A stretch of DNA of 64,000 bases, from NCBI GenBank assembly GCA_044376115.1, contig JBILLK010000008.1, forward strand, positions 64,001 through 128,000, in the 5' to 3' direction. Position 1 is the stretch's first letter; each line of letters begins with the position of its first letter. The translations under genes and the position numbers were made by a program. Positions 30,274-40,521 of the stretch are shown one piece after another. The stretch is from Polyangiaceae bacterium (lineage in GTDB: Bacteria > Myxococcota_A > Polyangia > Polyangiales > Polyangiaceae). A model generated the notes under the pieces. That model was given only the letters and a program-made list of their open reading frames with translations, was not told where the DNA came from and did no database searches.

Positions 30274-30777
30274 TTAGTGCACCGCGCGAGCCTCGACATG
30301 CTCGCGCAAACCAGTCATCAGCGAGCCCCAGAAGAGCCCAATCATGCGGGCAAACGGCGCCGCAACGAGTCCGTGGCGAGCAGGATGATCCTCGGGCAAC
30401 GAAGACCAACCAAAGTGCCGTACGCGCACCAGCGTGCCGTCATTCTGCGCGGTGAAGGTGACATCGACCGTGGTCGACTCACCCTCGGCGAAATTCACAC
30501 CGCGCCAAATGAAGGTCAGCCGCGCGCCTGGCTCCCACACGGTGATGGTGCCGAATACGAAGGTGCGCTCGCCGTGCGCGCCCTCAAAGGTCTCGAACAG
30601 CCGCCCTCCGACGCCTGCCTCGAGCGCAAGCCGACCACGCCGCTTACCGGCTATTCGATAGGCGGGGCCGGTGCGCCACCACAGCTCAATCTCGTTCGTA
30701 AAGACCTCGAACGCGTCCGTTGGGGACACCCGAACGAAGACGCTGACGACCGCCTGGTCTCCCGGCGCGACCGTCAC
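30274..30777 (-). CDS. SRPBCC/AHSA1-like protein
   Basis: AFEVFTNEIELWW, VWEPGARLTFIW, TLVRVRHFGW. Confidence 0.82.
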   Translation of the reverse strand: MTVAPGDQAVVSVFVRVSPTDAFEVFTNEIELWWRTGPAYRIAGKRRGRLALEAGVGGRLFETFEGAHGERTFVFGTITVWEPGARLTFIWRGVNFAEGESTTVDVTFTAQNDGTLVRVRHFGWSSLPEDHPARHGLVAAPFARMIGLFWGSLMTGLREHVEARAVH

Positions 30778-31115
30778 GCGCGGCTCCTTGGCGAACGAGT
30801 CGCCTCGGCGTGCGCCTTGAACGCATCAAGCTCCTTCGCCCAGAACGACTCAACGTCGTCGAGCCAGCGACGGAGCGCGCGGAACTTACCGGGCTTTAAG
30901 CGATAGGTGCGAATGCGCGCGTCCTCCCCTGCGTGAGCCTCCTCCACCAAGCCGCTCTCCCTCAGCACCCGCAAGTGCCGGCTCATCGCCGGGGCGCTCA
31001 TCGCGAGCTGACTTGCGAGCTCCCCCGCGCGCCGAGGATTGCGCCGCAACAGATCGACAACGGCCCGCCGCGTTGGATCCGCGAGCGCCGCGAAGGTGCG
31101 GTCCAGCTCGCTCAC
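30774..31115 (-). CDS. ArsR/SmtB family regulator
   Basis: FAALADPTRRAVVDLL...AMSRHLRVLRESGLV. Confidence 0.9.
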   Translation of the reverse strand: MSELDRTFAALADPTRRAVVDLLRRNPRRAGELASQLAMSAPAMSRHLRVLRESGLVEEAHAGEDARIRTYRLKPGKFRALRRWLDDVESFWAKELDAFKAHAEATRSPRSRA

Positions 31116-31558
31116 GAGGCCGACTTCGGGCTGCGAAGCCGCTGGTAGAACCACCAGTGGTGCCCGCCGAGATCACGGCATTCGTAGCCGCGATCCGACC
31201 AGTACTCCTCACCGTAGTCGGTTACGTAGGGCTCCTTAACGATCACAGCGCCCGCCTTCCGCGCGCGCTCACAATGAGCCTCCACATCGTCGATATAGAC
31301 CATCATATTCTGCGTATTGGCGCCGTTCACACGGGAGGGCGGGGTCATGTATGGGAACTTCTCCGGCTTGGCGGTCCCCACCATGATCACGCCTTCACCC
31401 AAGGTGAGTTCGGAGTGCTCGACCGCACCGCCCTCCCCTTCCACCTTGATACGCAGCTCGAAGCCGAAGGCCGTACAGAGCCAATCAATCGCAGCGTTGG
31501 CGTCCTCATAATAGAGCGACGTGGAGATTCGGGGCCAGCCAGGCGGGGAAGGTTTCAT
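31112..31558 (-). CDS. VOC family protein
   Basis: YEDANAAIDWLCTAFGFE, DDVEAHCERA, RDLGGHHWWF. Confidence 0.88.
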   Translation of the reverse strand: MKPSPPGWPRISTSLYYEDANAAIDWLCTAFGFELRIKVEGEGGAVEHSELTLGEGVIMVGTAKPEKFPYMTPPSRVNGANTQNMMVYIDDVEAHCERARKAGAVIVKEPYVTDYGEEYWSDRGYECRDLGGHHWWFYQRLRSPKSAS

Positions 31559-31702
31559 GTTCAGGTCCTTTCTTCGAGGAACAATAGTTAACATTATGCG
31601 CAACTATTTCAAGTCCCAAGATATTCCGTGGCGAACGCGGGACGAGCTGGCGGGGACAAAGGCGCGCTGGCTCGGTGAAAGTAGCTTCGCTACGCTCGCG
31701 CG

Positions 31703-32719
31703 ATGGAGCAGCTGCCGCCCGAGGAAGACCGCGCTTGGATTCATGAGCACCTCCGCTTGCTGATCCAAGAGCGCGGGGCGTCCCCGTTCCTCTGCGCGGA
31801 GCTGCTCGAACCAACGGCACGTGCGTTTCCCGAGCCATTCACCGGTGACATCCCGAGCGCCAAGCGGCTGCTACGCCGGCTGCTTTGCGCCGCGTCCCTC
31901 ACGAAGGTGCCATTCGAGGTCACAGCGGGCGACGAGGACGAAACCGTGCCGGTCGGCAATCTTCACGTGCACGAAGCGGCCGCCTGGTTCGCGGGCTCAG
32001 AGCACGGCGTGCTCCAGTTCGGCATCTCGCGCGAAACCATGCAGGACGGTGATGGCGTCGTCGGGGTGTTGGGCCACGAGGTCGCGCACGCCTACCGCGA
32101 CCAACACGGGCTCGTGTTCTTCGACGCTGCGGAGGAAGAGCTCCAGACCGATCTGACCACCGTCTTCTTGGGCTTCGGCCTGCTCACGACCGATCTCACA
32201 GACCAGTATCGGCGAAGACGCGACGGGGTCTTGCGAGTGCGCGGCGGCTACCTTTCGTCGGGCGCGATGAGCTACGCCCTCGCCGTCCAACTCGCCGCAC
32301 GCGACGTTCCTCGCGCAGAGGTAAAGCGTCTCGCGCGATTGCTTGGGCCAGGCCAAGAGGCCTTCCTGCTCGAGGGCTATGCGGCTGTGTCTCGCGAGCG
32401 CTCCACGATCCTTCCAATCCTTTATGGCAGTGCGCCGCAGACACCACGGGTACGCCCCAATGAGGGCCAGCCGGTGTTTCGCATCAAAGGCGGCTGGTTT
32501 CGTAAACCACGTTGCGGCGGCGCCGGCTGCGACGCAGTGCTCTCCGCCGAGGCCATTGTCTGTACCGCCTGTGGTGGTGCTATTGCGGGAGAGGCACGCG
32601 ATCGCGAGCAGGCGCTCGCAGCCGTGGAGGGCGCAGAGCTCGCCATGGCCAGCAACCTGCTCAAGGGCACACCGCTAGCCGGCATGAAGCGCGCAGCCAA
32701 AGGCTCTCGCAAGCCCTGA
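31703..32719 (+). CDS. HEXXH-motif protein with C-terminal zinc ribbon
   Basis: LGHEVAHAY, EELQTDL, CGGAGC...CTAC. Confidence 0.65.
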   Translation: MEQLPPEEDRAWIHEHLRLLIQERGASPFLCAELLEPTARAFPEPFTGDIPSAKRLLRRLLCAASLTKVPFEVTAGDEDETVPVGNLHVHEAAAWFAGSEHGVLQFGISRETMQDGDGVVGVLGHEVAHAYRDQHGLVFFDAAEEELQTDLTTVFLGFGLLTTDLTDQYRRRRDGVLRVRGGYLSSGAMSYALAVQLAARDVPRAEVKRLARLLGPGQEAFLLEGYAAVSRERSTILPILYGSAPQTPRVRPNEGQPVFRIKGGWFRKPRCGGAGCDAVLSAEAIVCTACGGAIAGEARDREQALAAVEGAELAMASNLLKGTPLAGMKRAAKGSRKP

Positions 32720-32762
32720 GACGGCTCCCGGGACACCAAACCGAATGCCACGCGATAGGGCC

Positions 32763-33179
32763 TTAGCTGGTCGAACGAGGAAGCTTTACTTGATATTCAG
32801 TCAGCCGTTCTGGGTAGGCGCGTAGCACCTCAAAGCCGTTCTCCAACACCAGTTGTCTACGTCCCGTGTGTGGCGACCAGCTCGTGGCGAGGGCGACCTC
32901 CACGAGCAAACGCGCAACGCGGGGCGTGTGGAGATTCAGCGCCCAGGAAGGAGCACGATAGTCAATCACCTCGCCACTGTTACCGGGGTATCCCCCACCG
33001 TGCTCGGCCGTTTGGGGGAAGCGGAAGCGCACCGGCGCGCGGGGGTACCCCTCGAGGAAGGCGGAGAAGACTTCAACGCATTGCCGCCCTGTCGGCAAGG
33101 CAACGTGAACATGGTCCACCCGCCAGAAGTAAACTTGAGCATCGACTTTGAGCGTGCGCAGCTTGCGTTTGGCCATCAT
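32763..33179 (-). CDS. hypothetical protein (cassette-like)
   Basis: 138-aa ORF, GAGG RBS. Confidence 0.6.
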   Translation of the reverse strand: MMAKRKLRTLKVDAQVYFWRVDHVHVALPTGRQCVEVFSAFLEGYPRAPVRFRFPQTAEHGGGYPGNSGEVIDYRAPSWALNLHTPRVARLLVEVALATSWSPHTGRRQLVLENGFEVLRAYPERLTEYQVKLPRSTS

Positions 33180-33223
33180 TCCTCTGCGTGGTCAAGCAAC
33201 GGCTGCGGACCCGATCATGGTGC

Positions 33224-33694
33224 TTACGCTGCAAGGCTTGCCACGAGCGCGTCCAACTGATCGAGCGTCTCGGGCATGCCGTCTGGGCTCCCCGAGGCCA
33301 CGGCCTCCTCAAGAGCCTCCTTTGACGGGTAGAGGTCATGCACCGTTAGCAACGTCTGCTCGCCACGCGGTTCAAAGGTTACCGTCGTGACCGGCCCCTC
33401 GCCCGCTCCCTCTTCATTAGTCCACACCAGGCGTGAGGGCGGCGTTACCTCGATATAGCGGCCGAAGAACTCCATCGGCGGGACCGCCTCAAACACAAGA
33501 CGGTATTTGCCGCCCGTGCGCGCGTCCAAGTCACAAGAAAGCAGAACCGCCCCGCACGACTTCGGCACCCACCAGCGAATGAACAGCTCCGACTTGGTCC
33601 ACGCCTCAAACACAAGATGCGCCGGGCCATTGATAACGCGGGTAACCACCAACTCACAATCGGACTTCCGCTCTGCTTTTGTCTGGCTCATCAT
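33224..33694 (-). CDS. SRPBCC/AHSA1-like protein
   Basis: ELVVTRVINGPAHLVFEAWT...DARTGGKYR...PPSRLVWT. Confidence 0.88.
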   Translation of the reverse strand: MMSQTKAERKSDCELVVTRVINGPAHLVFEAWTKSELFIRWWVPKSCGAVLLSCDLDARTGGKYRLVFEAVPPMEFFGRYIEVTPPSRLVWTNEEGAGEGPVTTVTFEPRGEQTLLTVHDLYPSKEALEEAVASGSPDGMPETLDQLDALVASLAA

Positions 33695-33721
33695 TGAATC
33701 ACTTTCTCTTAATTCGACCTG

Positions 33722-34810
33722 TTAGCCATCTGCGTGCAGGTACGCGAGCAACCTCGATAGGTTGGCGACCTCACCTTCAAGGAACGTTCGATCGAAGCCG
33801 TTCCATTCGTCTTCCTCTTCTGGGCACTGAAGCTCCGCCAGAGCCAGCGCACGGCGGCGCTCAATGAACCGCCCCAGCCGGCCGCGTTCCCCCGGAGGGA
33901 TAAGCTCCACAGTGGCTGGGGAGAGTAGCCTTTCAATGTGAGGCCATGCGCCCGACGCCCAGAAGTACCGATCGTCCGAACTGTCGAGGATACCCTCCAC
34001 CAGCCAAGGTAGAGCGGCGAGAGGGGCATCGCCGCGCGCTCTCTCCAGGACGGCGGAACGTACGATTGGCTCGCGGCAATCGAAGAGGAAGGCAAGCTCA
34101 TCCCACGAAAGCTCCAGCTGCTTGGGTACGACGGCGGTGAGATAACTCACTACCGCAAACTTGTTGTGGTCCTTCAGCGCGCTCAAGAAGCTAAGCGTCT
34201 CCAGGCGGTCCAAAGCCCGTACGACCTCGTCCAAATCCCTAACTTGCACCTTTCCCCTTACCCCTGCAAGCGCCGCAGCGGCCGCCCGGTCACGGGCTGC
34301 GCGCGCGATAAGGCACAACCAGGCCGCGCGCCGGACAGAAGCATCCGTATCCTTTGTAGCCGACCGCAATTCAACGGTATCGAGCTCAACACGTCCGCCC
34401 TGAACCTCCATCAGCACGGCGAGACGGACCTCGCTCGTATTGTCTCGTAGGCAGGCGCGAACAAACGAGTACAGCTCATGGTTATGCGGACGCTCGGCCG
34501 TCCTTATTGTGTAGGCCACAGCGACGGCGCGCACCGCAGGTGCAGCATCATGGCTCGCAATGTCCCTAACTACCGCGCGCTCACCCAACCCCGAAAGAAC
34601 GACCACAAGTTGTTGCCGTAACCCTTCCGGTACCTCCGAGCGCGCTACATCTCGAATGCTGCCTACGGCAGAGCCACCCCGGCGCAACGCCAATACCCAG
34701 GCCGCACGCAGACGGTCCGGAGCCTCTGCGGACTGCAAGATTGCCCGCAACTCATCGTCCGCCAGGTCCACAAGGTCGAGGAGAGTAGGCATGGTTGAGA
34801 TCCCGCTCAC
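33722..34810 (-). CDS. HEAT-repeat-like protein
   Basis: Repeated D...(V)RxAA units; stop codon lies inside GGCTAAC, an inverse-core-like sequence. Confidence 0.6.
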   Translation of the reverse strand: MSGISTMPTLLDLVDLADDELRAILQSAEAPDRLRAAWVLALRRGGSAVGSIRDVARSEVPEGLRQQLVVVLSGLGERAVVRDIASHDAAPAVRAVAVAYTIRTAERPHNHELYSFVRACLRDNTSEVRLAVLMEVQGGRVELDTVELRSATKDTDASVRRAAWLCLIARAARDRAAAAALAGVRGKVQVRDLDEVVRALDRLETLSFLSALKDHNKFAVVSYLTAVVPKQLELSWDELAFLFDCREPIVRSAVLERARGDAPLAALPWLVEGILDSSDDRYFWASGAWPHIERLLSPATVELIPPGERGRLGRFIERRRALALAELQCPEEEDEWNGFDRTFLEGEVANLSRLLAYLHADG

Positions 34811-36171
34811 CGGCCGAGACTCCCAAGCGCAGTCTCTACCAGGATACGCGCATCCACCATCATCGGGTCTTCCAGCGCAGGGCGTACGACGGGCTCGGCT
34901 CGTGCGTCCCCAAGCAGCCCAAGCCGGTAAATCGCATGGCGCCGAACGCGAACGTCGTAAGGTGCCGCCGCGAGCTTGAGTAGGACAGTGAAAGCCTCTT
35001 CCGCATGGGGGTTGCGAGTATCGCCCGCGACTTTCGCCAATCGCTCGGTGGCCGTACCGGGATCAACAGCTATGAGCTCATACGCTTTGGAGACGACGGT
35101 CCTATCCACCGGCGCGCCCGGGTGGTCGATGAGCGCTGGATGTTCGCTCCCCAATCGCGCACACGCCTCCTCGTAGGGTAAGCGTCGGGCCGCCGCTGTA
35201 ACGGAGTGCAGGGCAATCGCCGCCGCGCGCTCAAGCACAAGCTGCGGTCCCTCGTCCACCGCGGCCAGCAACACCTCCACCGCCGCTGGCCACAAGTCCT
35301 CGAAGCGTGCCGAATCGAGGAAGCCCAACGCGATAGCGCGCGCTAGCTCGGAAGGCAGGTTCTCCGCGCTTCGCGGTAGCCAGCCATTGATGATCGCGGA
35401 CCGCTCGAACTGCGATACAGCGGCTGCGGCCAGCTCTTCAGCGAACGCGTGAATGAGCCGATTCACACGCTCAACGCCGACGCTAGCGGAGAGCCGTGCA
35501 TGCCCAACGCGCGCAACTGCCGCGACCGCCTCAACGGCAGCGATCTCGCCCAGGGCCCAGCGCTCCACCAAAAACACATACGCCTCCTGCTTGAGGGTAC
35601 GACGCAGGTGCTCGGCAAGCTCCGCCCGCACGCCAGCGAGCGAAGGCGAAGCGAATAGGCTCTTTAGAAACTGTACGAGCAGCGCTTCGTAACGAGCAGC
35701 GCTCGTCGTTGCAGCACTGGAGTCCTTTGGACCGTCAATGATTGGATTGGGCACCGGCCCCGCGAGGAACCCAAGCTTACGAAGCTCGGCCTCCGCTACA
35801 GCGGTATCAAGGTCTGGCAGCCGCTCGAGATAGTCGCCGAGCAAAGCCGCAAACGCACTGAGGTGGAGCGCGTCCGGCTCGAACCCTTCCTCGCGGAATA
35901 GAACGCGTGCGGTCTCCGCATCAGCCACGTGGTGCAAACAAAGGCGCAGCGTCTTCTTGCGACGGGCATACGCTGGGTCCAACGCAAGCCGCCTCACCTC
36001 TGCCAGCGCCAGCTCCGCATCGCGAAACGAAAGCTCATAAGCGATCGTCAAGAGCGCATTCGGCGGAGCGCCTTCACGCAGCTTGCGAAGGAGCGTCTCC
36101 GTCTTGTAGTGCAGGAGCGCCGAGTGGTAGCAGTACCCGCGGCGAACCGGTTCACTCCACGGATCACCCAT
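34807..36171 (-). CDS. helical hypothetical protein with C-terminal HEAT-like repeat
   Basis: VRRHAIYRLGLLGDARAEPVVRPALEDP; start uncertain. Confidence 0.55.
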   Translation of the reverse strand: MGDPWSEPVRRGYCYHSALLHYKTETLLRKLREGAPPNALLTIAYELSFRDAELALAEVRRLALDPAYARRKKTLRLCLHHVADAETARVLFREEGFEPDALHLSAFAALLGDYLERLPDLDTAVAEAELRKLGFLAGPVPNPIIDGPKDSSAATTSAARYEALLVQFLKSLFASPSLAGVRAELAEHLRRTLKQEAYVFLVERWALGEIAAVEAVAAVARVGHARLSASVGVERVNRLIHAFAEELAAAAVSQFERSAIINGWLPRSAENLPSELARAIALGFLDSARFEDLWPAAVEVLLAAVDEGPQLVLERAAAIALHSVTAAARRLPYEEACARLGSEHPALIDHPGAPVDRTVVSKAYELIAVDPGTATERLAKVAGDTRNPHAEEAFTVLLKLAAAPYDVRVRRHAIYRLGLLGDARAEPVVRPALEDPMMVDARILVETALGSLGR

Positions 36172-36490
36172 TGGGCAGGAAGAAGAAGCTGAACCCAGCA
36201 TCTCGCAGCCCCTCGAACGAGCGCACCATTTCGTTGCCAAACATCTCGCGCAATAGCTCGAGGTCGGCGCGCGCTGGGTCCAACTCATGCTGGTTAAAAT
36301 CCCAAGGGTCCACACCGAACGCCCCGGCCAGCTGGCGGCTCTCACTCGAGCCGCTCTCCACGAAGAACACATTCTCAGCGATGCGCACGCCGTCACGCGT
36401 ATTCACGTAATAATCCTTGGGGTATTGCAGGTACGGAATGAGTGAACGGTGAAACGTCCCAATCGCGATCACCTCAGCGTTCATGCCCAT
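36164..36490 (-). CDS. hypothetical protein
   Basis: 108-aa ORF ending GFSFFFLPNG. Confidence 0.6.
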   Translation of the reverse strand: MGMNAEVIAIGTFHRSLIPYLQYPKDYYVNTRDGVRIAENVFFVESGSSESRQLAGAFGVDPWDFNQHELDPARADLELLREMFGNEMVRSFEGLRDAGFSFFFLPNG

Positions 36491-36533
36491 GGTACGTCCA
36501 TCGATAGCAGAGCCAGGCGCGGAACAAAGCTGC

Positions 36534-37151
36534 TCAGAGAGACCGTTCCTTCGGCCGCTCAGTGATAGCGAGTCGTTCCTCGGGGTCGGGGTACCTCACG
36601 GGAATGAGGTCGAGCGAGAACGTCACGTTTGGGTGCTCCTCCAACGGCGTGTCCATTAAGCCGCGGGCAATAACCTCCGCTAGGGCCAGCTTGAGATAGC
36701 GGCGCATCAAGATTACGCTGGGGAACGACTTCTTGGCGGCGTACCACTCAAGAAGATCGCGATCGTTCTTAGCGCTGTTGCAGGACCGGCAGCTCCAAAC
36801 GAGATTGTCCCCCGACTCGAGCCCGCCCTTGCTCTTCGGAATCAAGTGGTCACCGTGGAGCTTAGGCGGGGGCTTTACTCCGCAGTAGCTGCATTGATCC
36901 GTTGGCGCGACGAGCAAATCCGCAAAGAGTGTACCGACGTTCATTGTTTGCTGGCGAAGGCCCTTGAATAGCTTCGCACGTACCATCCAACAAACCCGGT
37001 CGCGCTTAGCAAGCCCGCGCCTCAGCGCGACGTCGAGCGAAGCGAGATTGGCGTAAGACCAATGCAGAAGTTCGCCGATAGTTTCGACTCTCCTAGCGGC
37101 ACGACTATGCATGAGTGCGGCATTGCGCGGCTCGAGTGACATTGCTTCCAA
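36534..37151 (-). CDS. HNH endonuclease
   Basis: CSYC...DHLIPKSKGG...NLVWSCRSCNSAK; start uncertain. Confidence 0.88.
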   Translation of the reverse strand: MEAMSLEPRNAALMHSRAARRVETIGELLHWSYANLASLDVALRRGLAKRDRVCWMVRAKLFKGLRQQTMNVGTLFADLLVAPTDQCSYCGVKPPPKLHGDHLIPKSKGGLESGDNLVWSCRSCNSAKNDRDLLEWYAAKKSFPSVILMRRYLKLALAEVIARGLMDTPLEEHPNVTFSLDLIPVRYPDPEERLAITERPKERSL

Positions 37152-37221
37152 GGCCTACCATACGCGTGACGAGGCGAGCGAACGTCTATGTGTACTCCCT
37201 GCGCCCCAGTGTGCCCCAGGT

Positions 37222-37551
37222 CTAGGGTTCGACGATGAAGCTGCGTGGCAAAGGCTGCACGGGCTCCCCGTCGACGACGACCTCGGTCCAGTATTGCCTA
37301 TCGTCGGACTCGTGGTCTTCAACCAATCGGAAGCTGGAGGACGGGGAACGGGTCAGCGGGTCCGGCAGCTGCAAGACCCGCGAATCCGGCGCAAAGCCAT
37401 GCTTGCAACATAACAGCAGACAGCCAATGGCATGGTCCAGCTCGAGCTTCAGTGCCAGCGCGTCGCGGTTACCTCCCTTGAGCTCCGCCACGACCTGGCT
37501 TCGCCATTCCTCGAGACGAGCGAACACTGCGGTTAAGTTTTTATCGACCAT
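37222..37551 (-). CDS. hypothetical protein
   Basis: About 109-aa ORF in the co-oriented run. Confidence 0.5.
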   Translation of the reverse strand: MVDKNLTAVFARLEEWRSQVVAELKGGNRDALALKLELDHAIGCLLLCCKHGFAPDSRVLQLPDPLTRSPSSSFRLVEDHESDDRQYWTEVVVDGEPVQPLPRSFIVEP

Positions 37552-37611
37552 GGGCGCCACACTCTAGGTCAGCCGGGATCGTCGAACACCAGGTTGTCTA
37601 CGTTGCACCAC

Positions 37612-37968
37612 TCAACCGAACTGCTCACGCGCCGCAGCCTCGTATCTTGTAAACGTATCGACGATCACAGTGCGCCGCTCGCGGGCGAACTCACCGTCGG
37701 GATCGAGTTCAGGCATCTCCTCATCGAAGATGGCGAGCGCCTTATCGCGTAAGCGAATAGCAAAGTCGACCTCGGGAGCACCTGCGCCACAGTGCTCATC
37801 AAGCACCAGGTGGATCGCCACCGCAGCCATGACTCGCTCCAAGTCTTCAACCCCGACGTCATCACTATCAAGGAAAGCCGTTAGCTCGCTCTCCGCAACA
37901 GCCCGCGTTTTCGCGACGAGGTCCAACGCTGCGTCGCTTTCAAAGTTGCCTGCACCAAAGGTTCCCAT
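37612..37968 (-). CDS. DUF4259-like acidic protein
   Basis: N-terminal MGTFGAGNFESDAALD. Confidence 0.7.
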   Translation of the reverse strand: MGTFGAGNFESDAALDLVAKTRAVAESELTAFLDSDDVGVEDLERVMAAVAIHLVLDEHCGAGAPEVDFAIRLRDKALAIFDEEMPELDPDGEFARERRTVIVDTFTRYEAAAREQFG

Positions 37969-38025
37969 GAGCCGCCGAGGGTAGCGGGGGTTTGTGCAAA
38001 CCACCATAGGGAGGCTGATTGTGGA

Positions 38026-38817
38026 CTAGAGCGCAAACGGCTTTTGCTCTACGATCGGCTTGAGCAATAGGGTACGACCTGGACCACCAGGACGCGCAGA
38101 CTCCACCTCGCACACCGAGCGAACGACATCGTGGTCGCGAGAGTTGAGCCGCAGCGACCACAGCGCTGCGCCCTTGATACTAAGGTTGAGTAAATCGGCC
38201 TGCGGCAAAGAACAAGGCAGCAACTTGAAGATCGGCACCTTCTGCTCTGCGAGAGCAAAGCACAAGCAGTCGAGGTCCCCCTCGCTGACGATGGACCGCG
38301 TCTTTAAATCCATAACCAAGCCAGCCTTTCGCAGCGTCTCGACCTGATCGGCGCGCTTGCCTCCGCTGAACCAGGACCGTTCATGCAACCAAGCGCTCAG
38401 CAGGCGGCGCATACCGTCCGCCGCATCCAGCGTACGCACAATGCGAAGCACGGGCTCGCTGTTCCCCGTCACGAAGAACTCGGCCCAAAGCAGATCGAGG
38501 CTCTGTGGCCCGGCGATGGTCTGCGTTAGCGCGTTTGGGAATGTAGCGTCCTCAGCTGCGCCCAGGATCTTCTCAACCAGTTCCGCCGCGCGACCCGCCA
38601 ATGGAGCCCGCTGCGCAACGATCTCACGCCGCGCATCCGGCGAAGACTGAGCGATGCGGCAGAACATATACATAACGTTCGCCAGTCGATCATCCATGGG
38701 CCAGCCAGCTTCCGCCAACATCTGCAGGAGGCATTGCAGCGCCGTCCCCACAGCGCCGACTGGCACTCCGCGATAGTACGCGGAGGTTACAATTGAAAAA
38801 GCGCGTTCGGGCTCCAC
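38026..38817 (-). CDS. hypothetical protein
   Basis: LDLLWAEFFVTGN motif; core-site-like GTTAGGC (+ strand GCCTAAC 38825-38831) just upstream. Confidence 0.6.
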   Translation of the reverse strand: MEPERAFSIVTSAYYRGVPVGAVGTALQCLLQMLAEAGWPMDDRLANVMYMFCRIAQSSPDARREIVAQRAPLAGRAAELVEKILGAAEDATFPNALTQTIAGPQSLDLLWAEFFVTGNSEPVLRIVRTLDAADGMRRLLSAWLHERSWFSGGKRADQVETLRKAGLVMDLKTRSIVSEGDLDCLCFALAEQKVPIFKLLPCSLPQADLLNLSIKGAALWSLRLNSRDHDVVRSVCEVESARPGGPGRTLLLKPIVEQKPFAL

Positions 38818-38873
38818 GGATCGAGCCTAACGCGAGATGCCAGAGCATGGGCCCCATAAGCTTGCAGCACACG

Positions 38874-39413
38874 TCAGATGCCACTGTCGGGACGCGCCCG
38901 CAGCCGACTCAACTCGCGAACGATAAAGTAGCGTGCCTCATCGATCGACATGTAGCTCGCATCGAAGGGCTCGACACCGAAGTCCTCGGAGACGAAGAAC
39001 GTGTCAGGGCCGTCTTCATAATCCCAGTCGGGAATCTCGGTCGCGTTGCGCTCCGCACCGAGGCTCCAGGACTCATGCCGCGCTCGGAAGTACCAGCGCC
39101 ACGCGCCAGCAGCACCCCACGCCTGGGTGGGCGCGCCATACTCGAGCTGCTCGATTGTGATCCACGATGGCACTTCGTTTTCAGCGAGCGTCGGATTGGG
39201 CGGTAGCGCTGGAAGAAGCTCCGCGAGTGCGGCCGCGTATTGGGGCAACACCAGGCCGAACTTTGACTCGAGATTGTCGAGCACCCGACTCTGCCAGAAC
39301 GCTACGAGCCCATCCGCTCTGGCGCGGTAGAGCTGGCGCACAAACCGAATGTATCGACGTTCGCCAAGCTCATCCTTAAGAATGGCGGCGAGTTCTTCAC
39401 GAGAGGGCATCAC
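38874..39413 (-). CDS. hypothetical protein
   Basis: PTQAWG...WYFRARHESWSL motif. Confidence 0.6.
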   Translation of the reverse strand: MMPSREELAAILKDELGERRYIRFVRQLYRARADGLVAFWQSRVLDNLESKFGLVLPQYAAALAELLPALPPNPTLAENEVPSWITIEQLEYGAPTQAWGAAGAWRWYFRARHESWSLGAERNATEIPDWDYEDGPDTFFVSEDFGVEPFDASYMSIDEARYFIVRELSRLRARPDSGI

Positions 39414-39826
39414 GAGGCAGCTCCTCCAACCGAGAGGCCCACCGGAAGCTTAGTCGCAGCGTCGATCTCGCCCTGAAAGCGAGGCCCGGGGAAAGCTTCG
39501 ATCACGACGATGGGACCGACAATATGTTGGTTAAACTCGGGGAGTTCTTCGGAGGGTACCCAAAGCTCTTCATGGGAACGGGCGCCAGCAACCTGGACTG
39601 GGTACCGGCGTGCGAAGTCCGGCTCGAGTTCGAACCGCGTGACAAACCCAACGAATCCCGAGAACGGGTCGCTGCTGTTCCAGTCGCGGGCGATCGTGCG
39701 GGCGTACTCGTGTGTGAGCACTGGATAGAAGATCGGCTGATCGGGCAGCCGCGGGGGCCACGCTCTCCAACTCAAAGCAGCTACAAGCTCAAGCTCACGA
39801 AGACCCGTGGGTCGAAAGAGAATCAT
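39410..39826 (-). CDS. conserved small protein of the family often labelled ADP-ribosylation/crystallin J1
   Basis: LFRPTGLRELELV...WPPRLPDQPIFYPVL...YARTIARDWN...GFVTRF...HEELWVPSEELPEFNQHIVG. Confidence 0.7.
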   Translation of the reverse strand: MILFRPTGLRELELVAALSWRAWPPRLPDQPIFYPVLTHEYARTIARDWNSSDPFSGFVGFVTRFELEPDFARRYPVQVAGARSHEELWVPSEELPEFNQHIVGPIVVIEAFPGPRFQGEIDAATKLPVGLSVGGAAS

Positions 39827-39833
39827 TACGCGC

Positions 39834-40484
39834 TCACCAGCTCGCAAAGTCCCACGGGTCCAAGCCGAGAGCGCTCACCGTGGCCGCATCCTTCGGCCGA
39901 AAGACCGACTCCGATGGGGTCTGCAGCAGGTCGTAGGGGGATACCACGTGGGCTCGCTCCCGAGCGACAACCTCTGTGATGTCCTGAACCTGCAGCAGGG
40001 CCGGCCGGGCGAACTCAGCGAGGGTGGGCCCGCGCATACCAAGCTGGATTGCGCGCCGCGCGACAGGATTGCCGCTGGGACCGTGGTCGGGATCCCACTG
40101 TAGCCTGACGTCGGAAAGCCGCACGGCGTCCTGCCAAGCTCGCTCCGAGGGCCACACATCCGCCGAGAACGTTGAAGGCACCGCGGCCTGCAGCAGACGC
40201 TCAAAGAACGAGCGACGAAGTCGCAGCGCAAGCACCCGCTCCTGATCCAACTTTGTGGCCCAACCGCAGCGGAACATCATCCAAAGAAAGTTCGGCTTGA
40301 TCCAACTCATACGGTTCAGACTAAAGCTCGGCCCAAACCGTTGAAGCGCAACAGCCTCCTCGGCGATAGCGGGCCGAAACGCCTGATAGACGATTACAGA
40401 CTCTGCATCGAACTGCGCGAGGATGTGGCGTCCAGCCGTGGGCCATTCCGCCTTTTGGGTGATGTAGGGCTTGAAGCTGAGCAT
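39834..40484 (-). CDS. DUF4291 family protein
   Basis: ILAQFDAESVIVYQAF, RMSWIKPNFLWMMFRCGWATK, VRLQWDPDH, RRAIQLG. Confidence 0.85.
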   Translation of the reverse strand: MLSFKPYITQKAEWPTAGRHILAQFDAESVIVYQAFRPAIAEEAVALQRFGPSFSLNRMSWIKPNFLWMMFRCGWATKLDQERVLALRLRRSFFERLLQAAVPSTFSADVWPSERAWQDAVRLSDVRLQWDPDHGPSGNPVARRAIQLGMRGPTLAEFARPALLQVQDITEVVARERAHVVSPYDLLQTPSESVFRPKDAATVSALGLDPWDFASW

Positions 40485-40521
40485 GGTTCCATGGACGCAA
40501 CAGCGTGGTAGCGCCTGACGA

